This document shows positions 1-11,842 of a stretch of DNA of 53,077 bases, in pieces. The DNA comes from Ministeria vibrans ATCC 50519 (lineage: Eukaryota > Protista > Filasterea). The stretch is taken from NCBI GenBank assembly GCA_943704425.1, contig CALSCP010001278.1, positions 1 through 53,077 of the forward strand, in the 5' to 3' direction. The notes below the pieces were generated by a model. That model did no database searches. It was given only the letters and a program-made list of their open reading frames with translations, and was not told the origin of the DNA. Positions within the stretch are counted from its first letter, which is position 1, and each line of letters begins with the position of its first letter. Made by a program: the position numbers and the translations under genes.

Positions 1-314
1 TGTATCTGACCAACTCTTTCATTTACTCATATCAAGTGAGGCGTGTTCGAGACAGAATAAAGATAGTTAAGTAAACTTTTCCGACGCAGCGAAGCGTAGT
101 TATCTCAATATTATTATTATTATTATTATTATAATTACTTCTTTTTTCGTGTCGGTGAACAATGATAAAAATAATATGAAGAGTGTCTACAGTGTAACAG
201 AACTACGGAACTAAGGAAGTTTCATCAGTAATGAGCATTGTTTATGAGCTGTGTCCATGAACATGATGTATTGACGAATTTGTAATGTACAAAAAATTAT
301 GTTTGTTTGTTTGT

Positions 315-2672
315 TTACACATCTGTCGATTCGTCTGTGCCGCCTTCCTCCTCCTTCTTCTCATCTGCCGTGTCTTTTTCTCCCTCTTCTTCCTCGTCAT
401 TCTCGCCCATGTCGAGAGCAAGTGTCTCGGCGGGATCGGCGAGGGTGTCTGAGGCGGCGAGTAATCGTTGGAACTTGCGCCATTCCCTACAGAGCAAAAA
501 GAAAAGGTCAACATCTGCCCTTCTAATTTTTCTGTTGTTGTTGCTTTGAAAGTACTTCATGGGCATGTCAAGGCTAGGACTTAAACGGAAGGTAAAGCAG
601 GCAACGACAAAGGCAATGCAGCACTGGACAATGACGGAGAGACCATAGTGGAAGGGTACATCCTGCAACGACATGAACCCACTCCACATCACCCCCGCAA
701 GCAGAGGCCCCACCGCACGCATAAGAGACGCCAGACTCTGTCCAAGTCCATTGATTCGACCTATTCGTCAACCAAAAAAAATATTAAGCAAAGAAGTCGA
801 GTAGCGCTCGAGTAGCGTATAATTTTGAGTGGCTTACCAAAGTTTTTCTCGTCGACTGAATTGACGACGCAGAGCATGGAGGCGGTGAAAGAAAGGGAGC
901 CGCTGACGGCATGCGTGATCTGCATGACAAAGAGGAAGATCCACATGGCAACACGGCCGGACGTGACAAAGACGAGGTGGGAGAAGGGGAGCATGAGGAG
1001 AGCGGGCAGGAAGAGGAACAGACCGAAGCGGTAGAGACGTAGAATGCCAAAGCGGCTCTTGAGGTGCGGAATGCAAAGGAGCGGAAAAAGAAGCGTAAAA
1101 ATGCCGTTCATGAGAAGTGTAATGCCAATGTCCTTGGGGCTCATTTCGAGGCCGCCGCGCGAGACAGGTTCGCGACAGAAGAGAGGAAGGGTTTCGTCGC
1201 GCGCAATAAAGATGAAGGCCAGGCCAGAGTAGAGAAACGGGGGCAGCAAAGGGAGGTCGCTGGGAAAGAGACGGTGGCGCAGATAGACACACATACGCAC
1301 AAGTGGATTCTGTTGGTGTGCCGTTGAAGTCTGTGTCTGAGTCTGGGCCTGTGTGGTGAGTTGTGTGTAGGTCCCACTCTTGTGTGTGGTTGATTTGTGA
1401 GTGCGCTGCTCATCAGTGGTTTTGAGAGAGCTCAACAGTTTCCTTGCCCGGGACATGCTGCTGGGGTGCCTCAGTGGCGTGTCGTTGTCGACAATTGCAT
1501 CGGCTAGAGTGCGCTTGTCAAGTGCACTCGCGTCGTCGTTGGCTGTGCGTCCTGTGCGAGCAACAGCCGGTGACAGCGCTGGCGAGGCAATTCCTTCATC
1601 ATCCGTATTGCCACCACTACTACTGTCGCCACCTCGCTCCTTCTTGATGGACTGCATTTCAATCTCTTCGTCTTGTGCAGCAGTGTCGTGAACGCACTTC
1701 TGCATTTCAGAGCCATTTGGTGTCATCGCGTGCCCTTCCTTCTTCACTTCTCCTTCTTCCTCTTCGTCATCGTCTGTGTCACGTACATATTTGTACTCGT
1801 GAGGTTCGCGCAGGAACACAAAAGCGGTGAAGAAGGCCAAGAGGGACACACTGGCATTGACAAGGGCACAGAGAAGGTATGGAAATTGGCCAAAGAGACC
1901 CGTCTCGCTGAAGGTGTTGGGCCAGGTGAGGGCCGGGCGTGCCAACACCCCATTGATGGCAGGCGCAACAATGGATCCGGTGCCCCAGCTGACTGAGAGC
2001 ATTGCAAAGGCGCGTGCTTGTGTGTGTGAATTGGTGACTGGGATGGCCGCAAAAATTACAAAGACAGTGTAAGTGAGTGTTATATGTGTGTGTGTAATAA
2101 TAATGTGCTATGAACAGTGCAGACGGCGTACCTTTGCCTAAAAACGATTTTAGAACGCCAATATTGCCGTTGAGAAGGCCCGACAGGAGACGCGCTACGA
2201 AGGCCATGGCGTACCACTTGGAAAAGCCGAAAATGAACACACAAGTGGTGGTGCACAGGAGAGACAAGAGGACGACGCGACGCACGCCAAAGCGATCCGA
2301 ACACTTGCCCCACCAGTAGGAGGTGAGAAACTGGCCAAAGGCAAAAGCGGCTGCTACGAGTCCGGCCAGAGTGCCTACGTGCGCCTCGCTGATGCCAGGA
2401 AAGTCTGCGACCTGTGACGCAGAAAAATGAGAAAGGCGCCGCTCAACCAAAAGGCAATGGAGCTCTGCATTGCCGAGTGCTTACCATGAACGCAACATAA
2501 GGAAAGAGACCGACGATTTGGAAGGCTGCAAACGCAATTTGAAGGCGGGATTAGGGATGGAGCGTGGTTGGATGGATGACATGCTGCCCACAACCCATGT
2601 TGCAATACCTTCGCTGAACTGCACAACCAGCACAACGCCCACCGCCCGCCACGGCATCTTCTGACTCGACAT
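315..2672 (-). CDS. Major facilitator superfamily transporter (ZIFL/MFSD-like, DHA1-type), ~6 exons
   Basis: Spliced MSSQKMPWRAVGVVLVVQFSE|AFQIVGLFPYVAFM|VADFP...WGKCSDRFGVRR (MFS motif A)...ARLLSGLLNGNIGVLKSFLG; long hydrophilic central loop; GRINGLGQSLASLMRAVGP near the C-terminus; GT-AG introns. Confidence 0.9.
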
Positions 2673-2845
2673 TGCCGCAACACGGACCCCACAGAGGGTG
2701 TCACAAAACACAAAAAGAGTAAAGAACGACGTATCAAGGTTGTGCAACTGTCGGATTCGTTTTTAATCGTCGACGGACGGAATTTTCATTATATTGCATC
2801 ATATCTTTCTTTTCTTTGGTCCCTTTGAATCGCGGCGCATTTGAG

Positions 2846-3298
2846 ATGGAAGTGTACGTGTCCACGCCTCGCTCCTCTCCCTTTACGTGTACTGACACCA
2901 CGCGGTGTGGGCTGTGCCCTGTAGGACGTGCAGCAACCCACGACTCTTGACCGACTACGAAGTGCTCGCGCTGCTGAAGAAGCAGAATGCCCAGAGTGCC
3001 AAGGACACCAAGACGGCCAAGAAGCTACAGAATCTAAATACGTTGAATCACGAGGTAGGAGAAGGCAGTCCAACATTTTAGATTACCGTAATATTAATAT
3101 TCATATTGTGTGCCATTCTCTTCTTCGTCTCCTCCTGCAGATTCGCACGCTGTTCGCTGGCTCCTCGACGTCTGTACAGACGCCCGAGTCGATTTCAGCC
3201 TTTCTGGAAGCAATGAAACCCTTCAAGCTGACCGACCACGAACTGTTGCAGTTGATGAACAGCCGAGTCACAAACAGTTGTCATTTGCGCCTGGTACT

Positions 3299-3329
<31 letters not shown>

Positions 3330-3334
3330 GTGTG

Positions 3335-3366
<32 letters not shown>

Positions 3367-3609
3367 TGTATGTATGTATGTATATGTATGTGTGTAATGT
3401 GTGTGGAATGGTGTGGAGGAGGGGGAGTTGGTACGTGCGTGAGTGTGGTGTCTTGTGTTTGGATGGTACAGTGTAAAATACGCGTCCTTGATCTTTGTTT
3501 TTGTATGTAGGTATTGACGAGGTGCTCAACGGCGGAGCAGGATGAAATTGTCCAAGCATGTCTGGCTACGCTCATTGCATTACCAGAGGAGGAAGAAATG
3601 CTTGAGTGA
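2846..3609 (+). CDS. CRCP: RNA polymerase III subunit RPC9/C17 (CGRP-receptor component protein, Rpb4 family), 4 exons
   Basis: Spliced MEV|TCSNPRLLTDYEVLALLKK...LQNLNTLNHE|IRTLF...QTPESISAFLEAMKPFKLTDHELLQLMNSRV...|VLTRCSTAEQDEIV; fits the RPC9 pattern MEV...LLsnYEV...NLNTi.yE...KLT..E.LQL.N.R. Confidence 0.85.
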
Positions 3610-3855
3610 GAAGGTGTCACGACTGCACTGTATGAAAAATTGTATATAAACGCCAAACTGAAACATGAGCACACATCTCAATTGTGCCTGCGAAACATCA
3701 AAACGATAACGTAATGTCTATTGTCTAATGACCAATATGGTGCACTCTAATTTTTTGTAGTTCTCAATCGCAATGTGATAGCAAATTCGCAATCACAATA
3801 AATTAATAATGAATATCACCACTCATTGTTGAATATTCTCTCGACCAAAATTCTG

Positions 3856-6800
3856 ATGTCATTGGACCGCCTGGCTCAGGTCGAGGCCGAATGCTCGGCT
3901 ACACAAGGCCTGGCGAGCCGCGTTGCCGCGCTGCGCTTTGAAGAGATTGCGCGCGGCGTAAGCAAATCGTACTTTGCAGATGGACGCTCGTGGCGTCTTC
4001 TCAGCTCGCTCATTCCGCATGTTCACGCGGTCACGTCAACCTTGAGTATTCTTCGGGGCCTTGAACGCGCATTGGCGTCCGAGGGGGTCGTCGAATCGAA
4101 CGGGTCGCTGTTGTCCGATGCACTCGCGGCTCTTCGCGCCGTTCGTCCTCATCTCCTCGCCTCGTCGCCCACCGACCTTTCCGGCGTGCTCACTGCGGCC
4201 CTGGCACTTGGTGACGGACGCCTCTCGTCGTCGGCTACAATGGACGCCTGGCTCGCCGAGGTGCTGCCGCTCTTTGAGGAGATTGCGCGACGCCACAAAA
4301 ATGCTCGACACACGTTCGCCGTGATCACTGCCGACGCCTGCCTCGTGCCCCTGCTACGACTCGCCGCCGACTCTGATTCGTCTAGCTGTTGTGTGGCACG
4401 TGCCACTCTTCGGGCGGCGCTCTTTGACGGTGCGCTCATTGGCGAGTACCGCAACGTTGTGATGGCGGCGGAAAAGACGAGCGACTCGCACGCGTCGTTT
4501 ACGAAGCGGCTCTTCGAGGCGCTTGCCCAGGTGCCCCTGGCGGATTTGCATCCACAGGCATTGCCATTTCTCCTTATGGAGTACGCCACTGCGGCCACGG
4601 CACACAAGGAGCACGCAGCCGTGCCGTTCGCCTTCTTTCGCAAACTGTGTGCACTCGTGGTCGACGCCTCGCCCGTTCACACCACCACACTGGTGCAACA
4701 ACTGGCAAACATTCACATTGGTCAGAGCGCCGAGCTTGCTGCGCGCGACCGTTGGCTCACCCACTGGTGCACGACCCTCGTGGCGCGTCTCGACGTGCAA
4801 GCTTCCCTCGATGGCCTCTGCACCTGTCTCGACGTGCTTCCCACTTGTCTTGAGACTCATATTGCGTCGCTCTGGCATCATATTGTGCGTACGGCCGATG
4901 CCAATGGTACCAACGAAGACCATCCTCGTCACGAGCAGTCTCCCGACTACAGTGCGCTCGTTCAGCGTCTCTTTGATGTGTACGGTCGTCTCCGTCGCGT
5001 CGACACACTCATCGCGTCTCTCGTCGCATCACTGCGCAACCTCACAGCCACTGCGCTCCCCCAGGCGTGCTTGATCGCCGCCACGACCGCCGTGGGTTCC
5101 ATGCCACACGCACAAACGCCAAGTGTGTGGACTCTGCTTGCCACGGAAATGTCAAATGTGTACGCACCGCGACTCGAACAACTCGAGGGCACGCACGAAC
5201 CGAGTGCCAAACGCGCCAAAAAGAAGAGTAAGAAGAAGAAGCACGACGACGACGACAGTGATGACGAGTGTGCGCGAGGAACAGACGATGCACACAGTGG
5301 TTGGTATGCGTTTCTCTCGCTTACCGCCGCCATTGTCGATGCGACACCCATTCCCGAGAACTACGCCAGCCACACAACGACACTCAACGAGACCATGAGC
5401 ACCGAGCTTATCGCGCCCTCTCTTAAGACTTCCCTTGCCTGGACCACTATTGCAACAGCAACCGCCACGTCGGCGAAGATGGGCCTTGTGATGGGTCTGG
5501 CCCGTTGCGCCACCGCTCTGCTGCACCACATGCATTTGTGTGCGCTTTTGGGAACCCCTGTCGCTGACGCTGCCGTCAAGACACTGACGCGTCGTGTCAG
5601 CAAATTTGTTGGCACTTTTGCGCCGTTGCGCACTCCTCCAGCCGCACTCCGTCCGCTGCTTTTTGACTTGGCGCTAGCACTCCATCGTCTGCGAACTGTC
5701 GACACGTCAGACAGCGATGGTGGCGAAACAGTGGCATTGCTGAAAAGCGTGATTGCGCACTGGCTAGACAGCGGGTGCACGCCAGCGCTGTCTGACGACG
5801 AGGTGGTTGCCTGGCTGACGCTCTTTCGCACACACACTACACCGCTACTGGGCCTTCTTTCGGACACGCAGGTCGAACACACGGCACGACTGCTTGTGTC
5901 GCGCGACTCGGCGGCAAATGTGCGCGTTTTCCTTTGCGGTACAGCGGCACATGACGATGCAAGGCTCACAGCGACGCTGGCTCGTGTTGCACTGGAGAAG
6001 CAACAGCGGAAGAGCACCAACAAAGGCCTTGTGCTTGGCCGACTGCCCCTCTGTCCAGATCGCACGGTTGCCACGGCCTGCGTTGAAGCGGGACTCGACG
6101 GAGAAGTCGATGCGGCCGTGCTCGCGCAATGGACGCACGCTACGCCTCATGTTGTGACACCCGTTGTGCTCGCGGACGGTGGAAAGCGATTGATGCATCT
6201 GGTGGGGAGGGAGTCGTCGTCCCACGATGGAGGTGCACTGACTGTGCTCGGAGAGAGTCTTGTGTACTGGGTGCGCTGTGACGGTGGTGCCGGTGTGGAC
6301 AGCGGTGTGGAGGAAGTTTTGAGTGGGATTGGTGAGCGACTGGACACGGTCCGTCAAAAGACGAAGAGTGGCGGTGATGAGGACAATCTCTGGAGTGTCG
6401 CTGAGCGTTGTGCCAGTGCACTGGCAGGCTGCAAACGTCCGGTAGCCCTCAAGTTCTTTGACAGGGCTCGCCAGGCGTGTCGTGTACATATGGGTGAGGC
6501 TGTGGCGACAACGTCCGCTCCGCATGCGGCGGTGCTTCGGACGGCTGCGGCGCTGTGTCGTGGGGAAGGGGCTCGCAGTGCGTTTGTGTGTGAGGCCGAG
6601 ACGCAATTGCACCATTTGGTGCGACTCGCAATGCGATCGAGTTGTAGTGAAGGGGGAAGCGACAACGATGGCCCTGGGTCGTTTGTGTGGGGCGGATTGG
6701 TTGCGCTTGCACTGGGGCTTGCCAGTAACGTGTCTGTGGTGGGCAACGAGAGTGCTCGGGCACTTTTCGTTGCGCTCGTGCTGCACACCTTTCAGTGTGC

Positions 6801-7719
6801 GTCGATGGAGGGTGCACGAGGCGATGCGTCGCGCCTGATTGTATGCGTGGCTTTGGGGCGACAGCACAGGCCGGATTGTGCAGCGGTGGTTGAGTCGCTG
6901 TGCGCCGAGATGGGTTTGGAGCACGGGACGGAGCGTGCGCGTGCGGCGACAGAGGCCCTTGCGGTGTTGGTGATGGCGCGTGGCTGTGGCGGCACTGTGG
7001 TGCGTCGCGTGGTGCTTCGACGACTGTTTGGACGACTTGTCTTGCAACTGGCACTGCTGGTGCGCCGTGGAGGAGGGCGTGTGGCCGTGGCGGCTTTGCG
7101 TCTGGCGCGTGCGCTGGCAATGCTGGATGGACTGGCGCTGAGCAGTCGTGATGTGTCGCTTCTGATGGAAGTTGCCACAAGTGCTGCCGTCAGTGACAAT
7201 GGCGATGCCGAAACGACGGGTGATGTGACGGTGGCACTGTGTGAACTGCTTAGCACACTGATTGGTCTGCATGCGAGTGCGGCTGGCTCGTGTGTCGCGG
7301 CCATCACCAGCACTCTGTCCGCCGCACTTGATTCCGCCGCACGCGCGTCCACCCTGTCATCAACCTTTTCCACTTCTTCCCCCTTGTCGTCGTCGTCGTG
7401 CGGTGCGTCATGGTCGCGTGCGGTTGAGGCTATTGTGCTGCATGTGGGTGGTGGTGCGGCGTCGGGTGCACAGTCTCTTCACGCATGGACTCGCCACGCG
7501 TCCCACATTATCGCGGCGTACGCGACGCTTCTTCAGGCGCGCCAGACGACCGCCCAGTTTCGTCGTGACTGCGCCGACGGGCTCTATGTGTTGCTGGACC
7601 TTGCCGGTGAGCGTGGCATTGAGTTTCTCTCGTCGTCTCTTGTCGGTCAGTCGCTCACCTCCTTCCAACATCTCTACACCGACTACAAACGCTTTCACGA
7701 GTACAAGGGCAAATTTTGA
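3856..7719 (+). CDS. URB2: Nucleolar pre-ribosomal-associated protein URB2/Npa2-like, intronless
   Basis: Long helical ORF, first ATG at 3856, basic NLS-like stretch, C-terminal GLYVLLDL...LSSSL...FQHLYTDYKRFHEYKGKF resembling the Urb2 C-terminal domain. Confidence 0.75.
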   Translation: MSLDRLAQVEAECSATQGLASRVAALRFEEIARGVSKSYFADGRSWRLLSSLIPHVHAVTSTLSILRGLERALASEGVVESNGSLLSDALAALRAVRPHLLASSPTDLSGVLTAALALGDGRLSSSATMDAWLAEVLPLFEEIARRHKNARHTFAVITADACLVPLLRLAADSDSSSCCVARATLRAALFDGALIGEYRNVVMAAEKTSDSHASFTKRLFEALAQVPLADLHPQALPFLLMEYATAATAHKEHAAVPFAFFRKLCALVVDASPVHTTTLVQQLANIHIGQSAELAARDRWLTHWCTTLVARLDVQASLDGLCTCLDVLPTCLETHIASLWHHIVRTADANGTNEDHPRHEQSPDYSALVQRLFDVYGRLRRVDTLIASLVASLRNLTATALPQACLIAATTAVGSMPHAQTPSVWTLLATEMSNVYAPRLEQLEGTHEPSAKRAKKKSKKKKHDDDDSDDECARGTDDAHSGWYAFLSLTAAIVDATPIPENYASHTTTLNETMSTELIAPSLKTSLAWTTIATATATSAKMGLVMGLARCATALLHHMHLCALLGTPVADAAVKTLTRRVSKFVGTFAPLRTPPAALRPLLFDLALALHRLRTVDTSDSDGGETVALLKSVIAHWLDSGCTPALSDDEVVAWLTLFRTHTTPLLGLLSDTQVEHTARLLVSRDSAANVRVFLCGTAAHDDARLTATLARVALEKQQRKSTNKGLVLGRLPLCPDRTVATACVEAGLDGEVDAAVLAQWTHATPHVVTPVVLADGGKRLMHLVGRESSSHDGGALTVLGESLVYWVRCDGGAGVDSGVEEVLSGIGERLDTVRQKTKSGGDEDNLWSVAERCASALAGCKRPVALKFFDRARQACRVHMGEAVATTSAPHAAVLRTAAALCRGEGARSAFVCEAETQLHHLVRLAMRSSCSEGGSDNDGPGSFVWGGLVALALGLASNVSVVGNESARALFVALVLHTFQCASMEGARGDASRLIVCVALGRQHRPDCAAVVESLCAEMGLEHGTERARAATEALAVLVMARGCGGTVVRRVVLRRLFGRLVLQLALLVRRGGGRVAVAALRLARALAMLDGLALSSRDVSLLMEVATSAAVSDNGDAETTGDVTVALCELLSTLIGLHASAAGSCVAAITSTLSAALDSAARASTLSSTFSTSSPLSSSSCGASWSRAVEAIVLHVGGGAASGAQSLHAWTRHASHIIAAYATLLQARQTTAQFRRDCADGLYVLLDLAGERGIEFLSSSLVGQSLTSFQHLYTDYKRFHEYKGKF

Positions 7720-7838
7720 ACAGCGCTCGCCACCCTGTACCATGATGAACTCTTTGATATGTTTTTCTATTATTTTCGATTACTTTGGTGGGTGGGTGTT
7801 AACTTTACAACAATGTAATAAGGCGTGGTGTATTTTGA

Positions 7839-8688
7839 TTATTTAGTTTTTGCTGCGATGAGAACCAGCTCTTTCATTGCCGTGTGAAACGCAGTAGCTG
7901 TTTTGGTGTCGCCCTGCAAAACAACGGGCCGGTGTGTGGCCGGGTCGGAGGGAACAAGGGTGATGGCAAGGGAGTCGGCTCGGGGACCTTTGGCGCCGCG
8001 CACATCGCGATAATTGGTGACAGTGAGGTCGAGAGGCAGGCCTGGGAGTTGCACACGCTCGTGCGCCGGTTTGACGGTGGCCGAGCGATGGTCGCGCGAC
8101 AGACGGAAGACGACGGCGACTGGTGGAGCGTCGGGGCCGTCGTCGGCAACGGCAAGCTGGAGGCGGAGACCGCGACAGAGCGTTTTACAGTGTACGTCCA
8201 TGAGGGTGTTGTCGCGACGGACCACCGCCTCGCATTTGGCACACACGCGCACTGGGTCGCTGTAGCCCATCCGACGGACCGGCAGGTAGTTTGGAGAGCA
8301 TGTGGCGCACAGTACGAGGCCGCACATGCGACAGTGATGCTGAAACAGCGCAAAAAGACAAACAAGTTCAACGGAGACCTTTCTGCACTTTTGCCGTTTT
8401 GGGATACCCTTCTGTTCATAAAGGAGAAGGCACCCTTGCAGCTTGAGCATGCGCTAATGGTCGTATCTTCTTGCCACTCGGGCTCCGCCTACAAACGAGC
8501 AGGTCGGACAAAAGTTGAGCCGGTTTTTTTTTTTGTCTATTCTTTTTCTTATTCATCTTCTTCTTTTTTTGGGGGGTCTGTACAATATCAAGGAGCGATG
8601 TGGAGTTGTCATCGTACGGCACCATGCGAAGACCACCCTTTGATCGAGACAGGCGTCGCTCGACGTCGAACGGCAAAGCGTCAGACAT
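7839..8688 (-). CDS. FYVE zinc-finger protein with a C-terminal PH-like region, 3 exons
   Basis: Spliced PEWQED...CSSCKGAFSFMNRR|HHCRMCGLVLCATCS...PVRVCAKC has all three FYVE signatures (WxxD, RRHHCR, RVC). Confidence 0.9.
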
Positions 8689-8811
8689 CGAAAGAACGAG
8701 TGAAAACTGAAATTTTCAAACTTGTCCAAAACTCAGTGATGAGAATATTTTATATTTTATTTCAAACCCACTCAGTGACAATAAGGTTCGAAACTTCTTG
8801 TACATAAAATT

Positions 8812-11208
8812 TTACATGCTGGCGCCCTCTTTGACGGCGAGAAAGACAAGGGCGCGCTTTGCCTTGGACACAGCCGCCTCCATGAGACGGTCGGCATCGT
8901 CACCGGCAGCAGGACCCTGTTCTCGCACGCGTCGCATCTCGCGCACACTCCCATGACCCGTCAGCACCACCATGAGACTACCGGGCGGCACTGCCTCGTA
9001 GATAAGACCCACATTCGAATCCAACTGTGTCACAGTGCGACGCTCCTCCTCGGCATCCGTCTCGGTCGCCTCTCCGTTAAAATGCGAGTGAAGCGACAGC
9101 AGCTGCGCAAAGATAAGCTGGCGACGAGACGGCGGCTGAGTGTGGAACTGCTGCAGACGCAGTGCAACTTTCTGAGCGACCTACACACAAATCAACGGAG
9201 GGGTGAACAATTGTGTTAGCATGTGTATGTGTGGTACCTCTTCGTCGGAAGGACACGGAGTACAATGGACAGCGGAAGAGCCGTTGGTGTGTCGACGGAG
9301 GTTGTTGGGCCGGTCAAACACATGACACTCCACCGAGTTGCGTTCGAGACGACTAAACAGCGCTTCGGTGTCGGGCGTAATCACACCAAAACGCGGACCT
9401 ACAACAATCATGAATTTAAGTGCACTTCAGTTTGTGAGTCAACCCAATGCAAGAGTGATTTTGTGAGTCACTCAATAATCAAGACGTGAGGAATCGTAAG
9501 TCAATCCAAGAGAGTGAGTGATTTGGTGAGTCAATCAATGAAAATGCTCGATGCGTGTGTGTGTACCCTTCTGCAGACGAAGTGCGACCAAATCGAGCAC
9601 AGCACGCGCATCCTCAATGCTGCTGTGTCCCGCATTGCCCGTCTGGATCTGTCGGCTGAGAAAGCGCTCGACAAGCCAGCGCAGAGCGGGTTTGAAGGAA
9701 GGGCCGCGAGTGTGAGAGAAAAGCACAGACGTGTCGACAATGCGATGGTGGCACAACTGAAAGAGAAACAAAAAAAGAGGATTAAACAACCGTCGCACAC
9801 ACACTGTCTCTTACTCTGAGACAGCGCATGTCGTTGTCAAGAGAATGGCCCAAAAGAATTGCGTTGGGTGGGAAGAGCGCAAGAAGGTCGCGCTGAACAT
9901 CAGACACAGTGCGTGTAACGTCCTTGAGCAACTCAGGCGTAATCCCACTGTACCTGAAACACACACAAGACACATAGTGAAAGGGAGAGAGAGAGAAAAG
10001 AAGAAGAAAGAACAACAAAAGTGAGTGACGACAAGGGTTAAAAAGAGCAGTTAGTCACAAGTGTGAATCGACAAGCCGTGTCATCAACCCACATGCGCAC
10101 GTACTGGGTGTTGTAGTCGAGGATGGGTCTGTCGGGAATGTTGTACTGGTCGTACAGGACGGTGCCTGACTGGTCCAGGACAGATGTCCGCGCCAGTTCC
10201 AAACCTTCGCTGGTGCGCACCATTTCGCAGTCAATTGCAAAGAAAGGTGCAGTCGGATTGGCATCATCGACAGTCACCGTGCTGTCTGTTGTGATGTCGC
10301 GGTAGCCAGATTCGCGCGACACCAGTTTGCCACCGAGCGCGGCACTGAGTGTCGGGTACTCGTCCCGAGTGAGCTGCTCAATCGTCAATAAACAGTCTGT
10401 GAGGCCGTACGGTTTGCCAGCAACCTCGGCAGCCTTGCTGTTCTTGACACTCTTGCGCTGTTCCTTCGTGAGGGGCGACAGTAGGAGACCATCCAGTGGC
10501 GATTGGAGACGGAGACGACTCGAGGGCGCCTGCGCCTGCAGCGACCAAGGGAAGCGCTCTGATGATCCAAGATGGGCGAGTGCATCCCGATGGGACTCAA
10601 AGGTGTCGGGTCCTAGTGAATGGGCCATCACAACGACAACGTGGTGGGCCAGAAGGCGATGCTGCAAGAGAAGGGTATTTCTCATCAGACGCAGCGTGTC
10701 TTTTGTCTTCTCCTTCGCCGTACTTTGACAAATGCCCACTTCGGCGAGACGCCATCGGCAAGGATCCACAGAAGGAGTTCCTGCACATCGTTCGTCTTGA
10801 CCACCGTCTCCGGCGCGACAACATTCAGTTCGAGCTTTGCCTACGAACGCAAATGAGAGACATGCGACACACACACACACACCCCTCTGACACCCTTACG
10901 TCAGCACCCAGCACACTGCGGTACGTCTCCAGAGAGATCTCTTGGACTCCTTCTCGTACGGCAGCCGCAAGGGCCGTCGAAACCTTCTTCTTGTGCTTCT
11001 TCTTGGGTGGTTTGTCGCGTGCATCGTCGTCGTCGTCGTCGTTGTTGTCGCCCTGCTCCTCCTCCGTCCCTCCCTCATGGCGACGGCCCTCGTCGCACTG
11101 CACGCTGACCGAGGCAAGGAACTCGCGAGCCGCACTGGTCACTTGGCTTGGCGCTGAGTCCACCAAGGGGCGTTTGGTGGACGTGCGAGGTGGCTCCGTT
11201 TGATCCAT
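8812..11208 (-). CDS. DEDDh 3'-5' RNA exonuclease of the REX1/REXO5/SDN5 type, multi-exon
   Basis: FFAIDCEMVRTSEGLELARTSVLD (ExoI), DYNTQ|YSGIT, ILLGHSLDNDMRCL (ExoII); N-terminal DVQELLLWILADGVSPKWAFVK. Confidence 0.9.
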
Positions 11209-11640
11209 TGATAATAATAATAATAATAATGAATAATCAATAATAATAATAATAATAATTATTATTATTATTATTAATTATTTTCTTATTATATTCCTTT
11301 GATTTGTATATAGTTTTTGCTTTGACAATTGCCATTGAGCACAGCTCTTGATTCTCTATTTATTTTTCTCCATTATATTATATTTTCAGTTTCTCACCGA
11401 TCCCAAATTTATGAGTCGACTCCCAATTCCCAAAAAAACCCCCCAAAGGCGACTAGGCGAGTCTTGACAGTCGTTCAAGCGTGAACCTTGAACTCGCCCA
11501 ACTCGGGCGTGAGTCTAGTGGAGTTGTGTGTACAAAACGATAATGTAAATGTCCGACCAGGTACACATTGTGTGTCCTGTGACGATACCCTTCCTCCCCC
11601 CACCTCCCCTGGTGGGCGGCACGGTGAAGATGTGCGCACC

Positions 11641-11808
11641 AGAAATGAACACGCCAGTTACAAGGACTTATACAGAATTTATACACCTGTCATGCGCAGA
11701 GGAAGGAAGGAAGAGTGAAGTCAAACGTGTGTTGGTGCTTGACGGTCAACATGTCATGACAGGTGTATAAATTCTGTATAAGTCCTTGTGACTGGCGTGT
11801 TCATTTCT
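11641..11808. repeat. 54-bp inverted repeat (11641-11694 / 11755-11808) with a 60-nt loop; candidate pre-miRNA/hairpin RNA
   Basis: agaaatgaacacgccagttacaaggacttatacagaatttatacacctgtcatg pairs with catgacaggtgtataaattctgtataagtccttgtgactggcgtgttcatttct; the single difference is a U:G pair on the + strand. Confidence 0.95.
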
Positions 11809-11842
11809 TCAAATTAAATCTTGTTTCAGCTTTCTTCACTCA

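Noticed and set aside
8395-8408. GTATCC donor in the FYVE gene as a possible U12 intron
   Set aside because: Reads GTATCCCA rather than GTATCCTT, and no TCCTTAAC branch site was seen.
5845-8807. Long opposite-strand ORFs (5845-7272 -, 7884-8807 +) and many similar ones
   Set aside because: They overlap well-supported genes in GC-rich sequence and show no recognisable domains.
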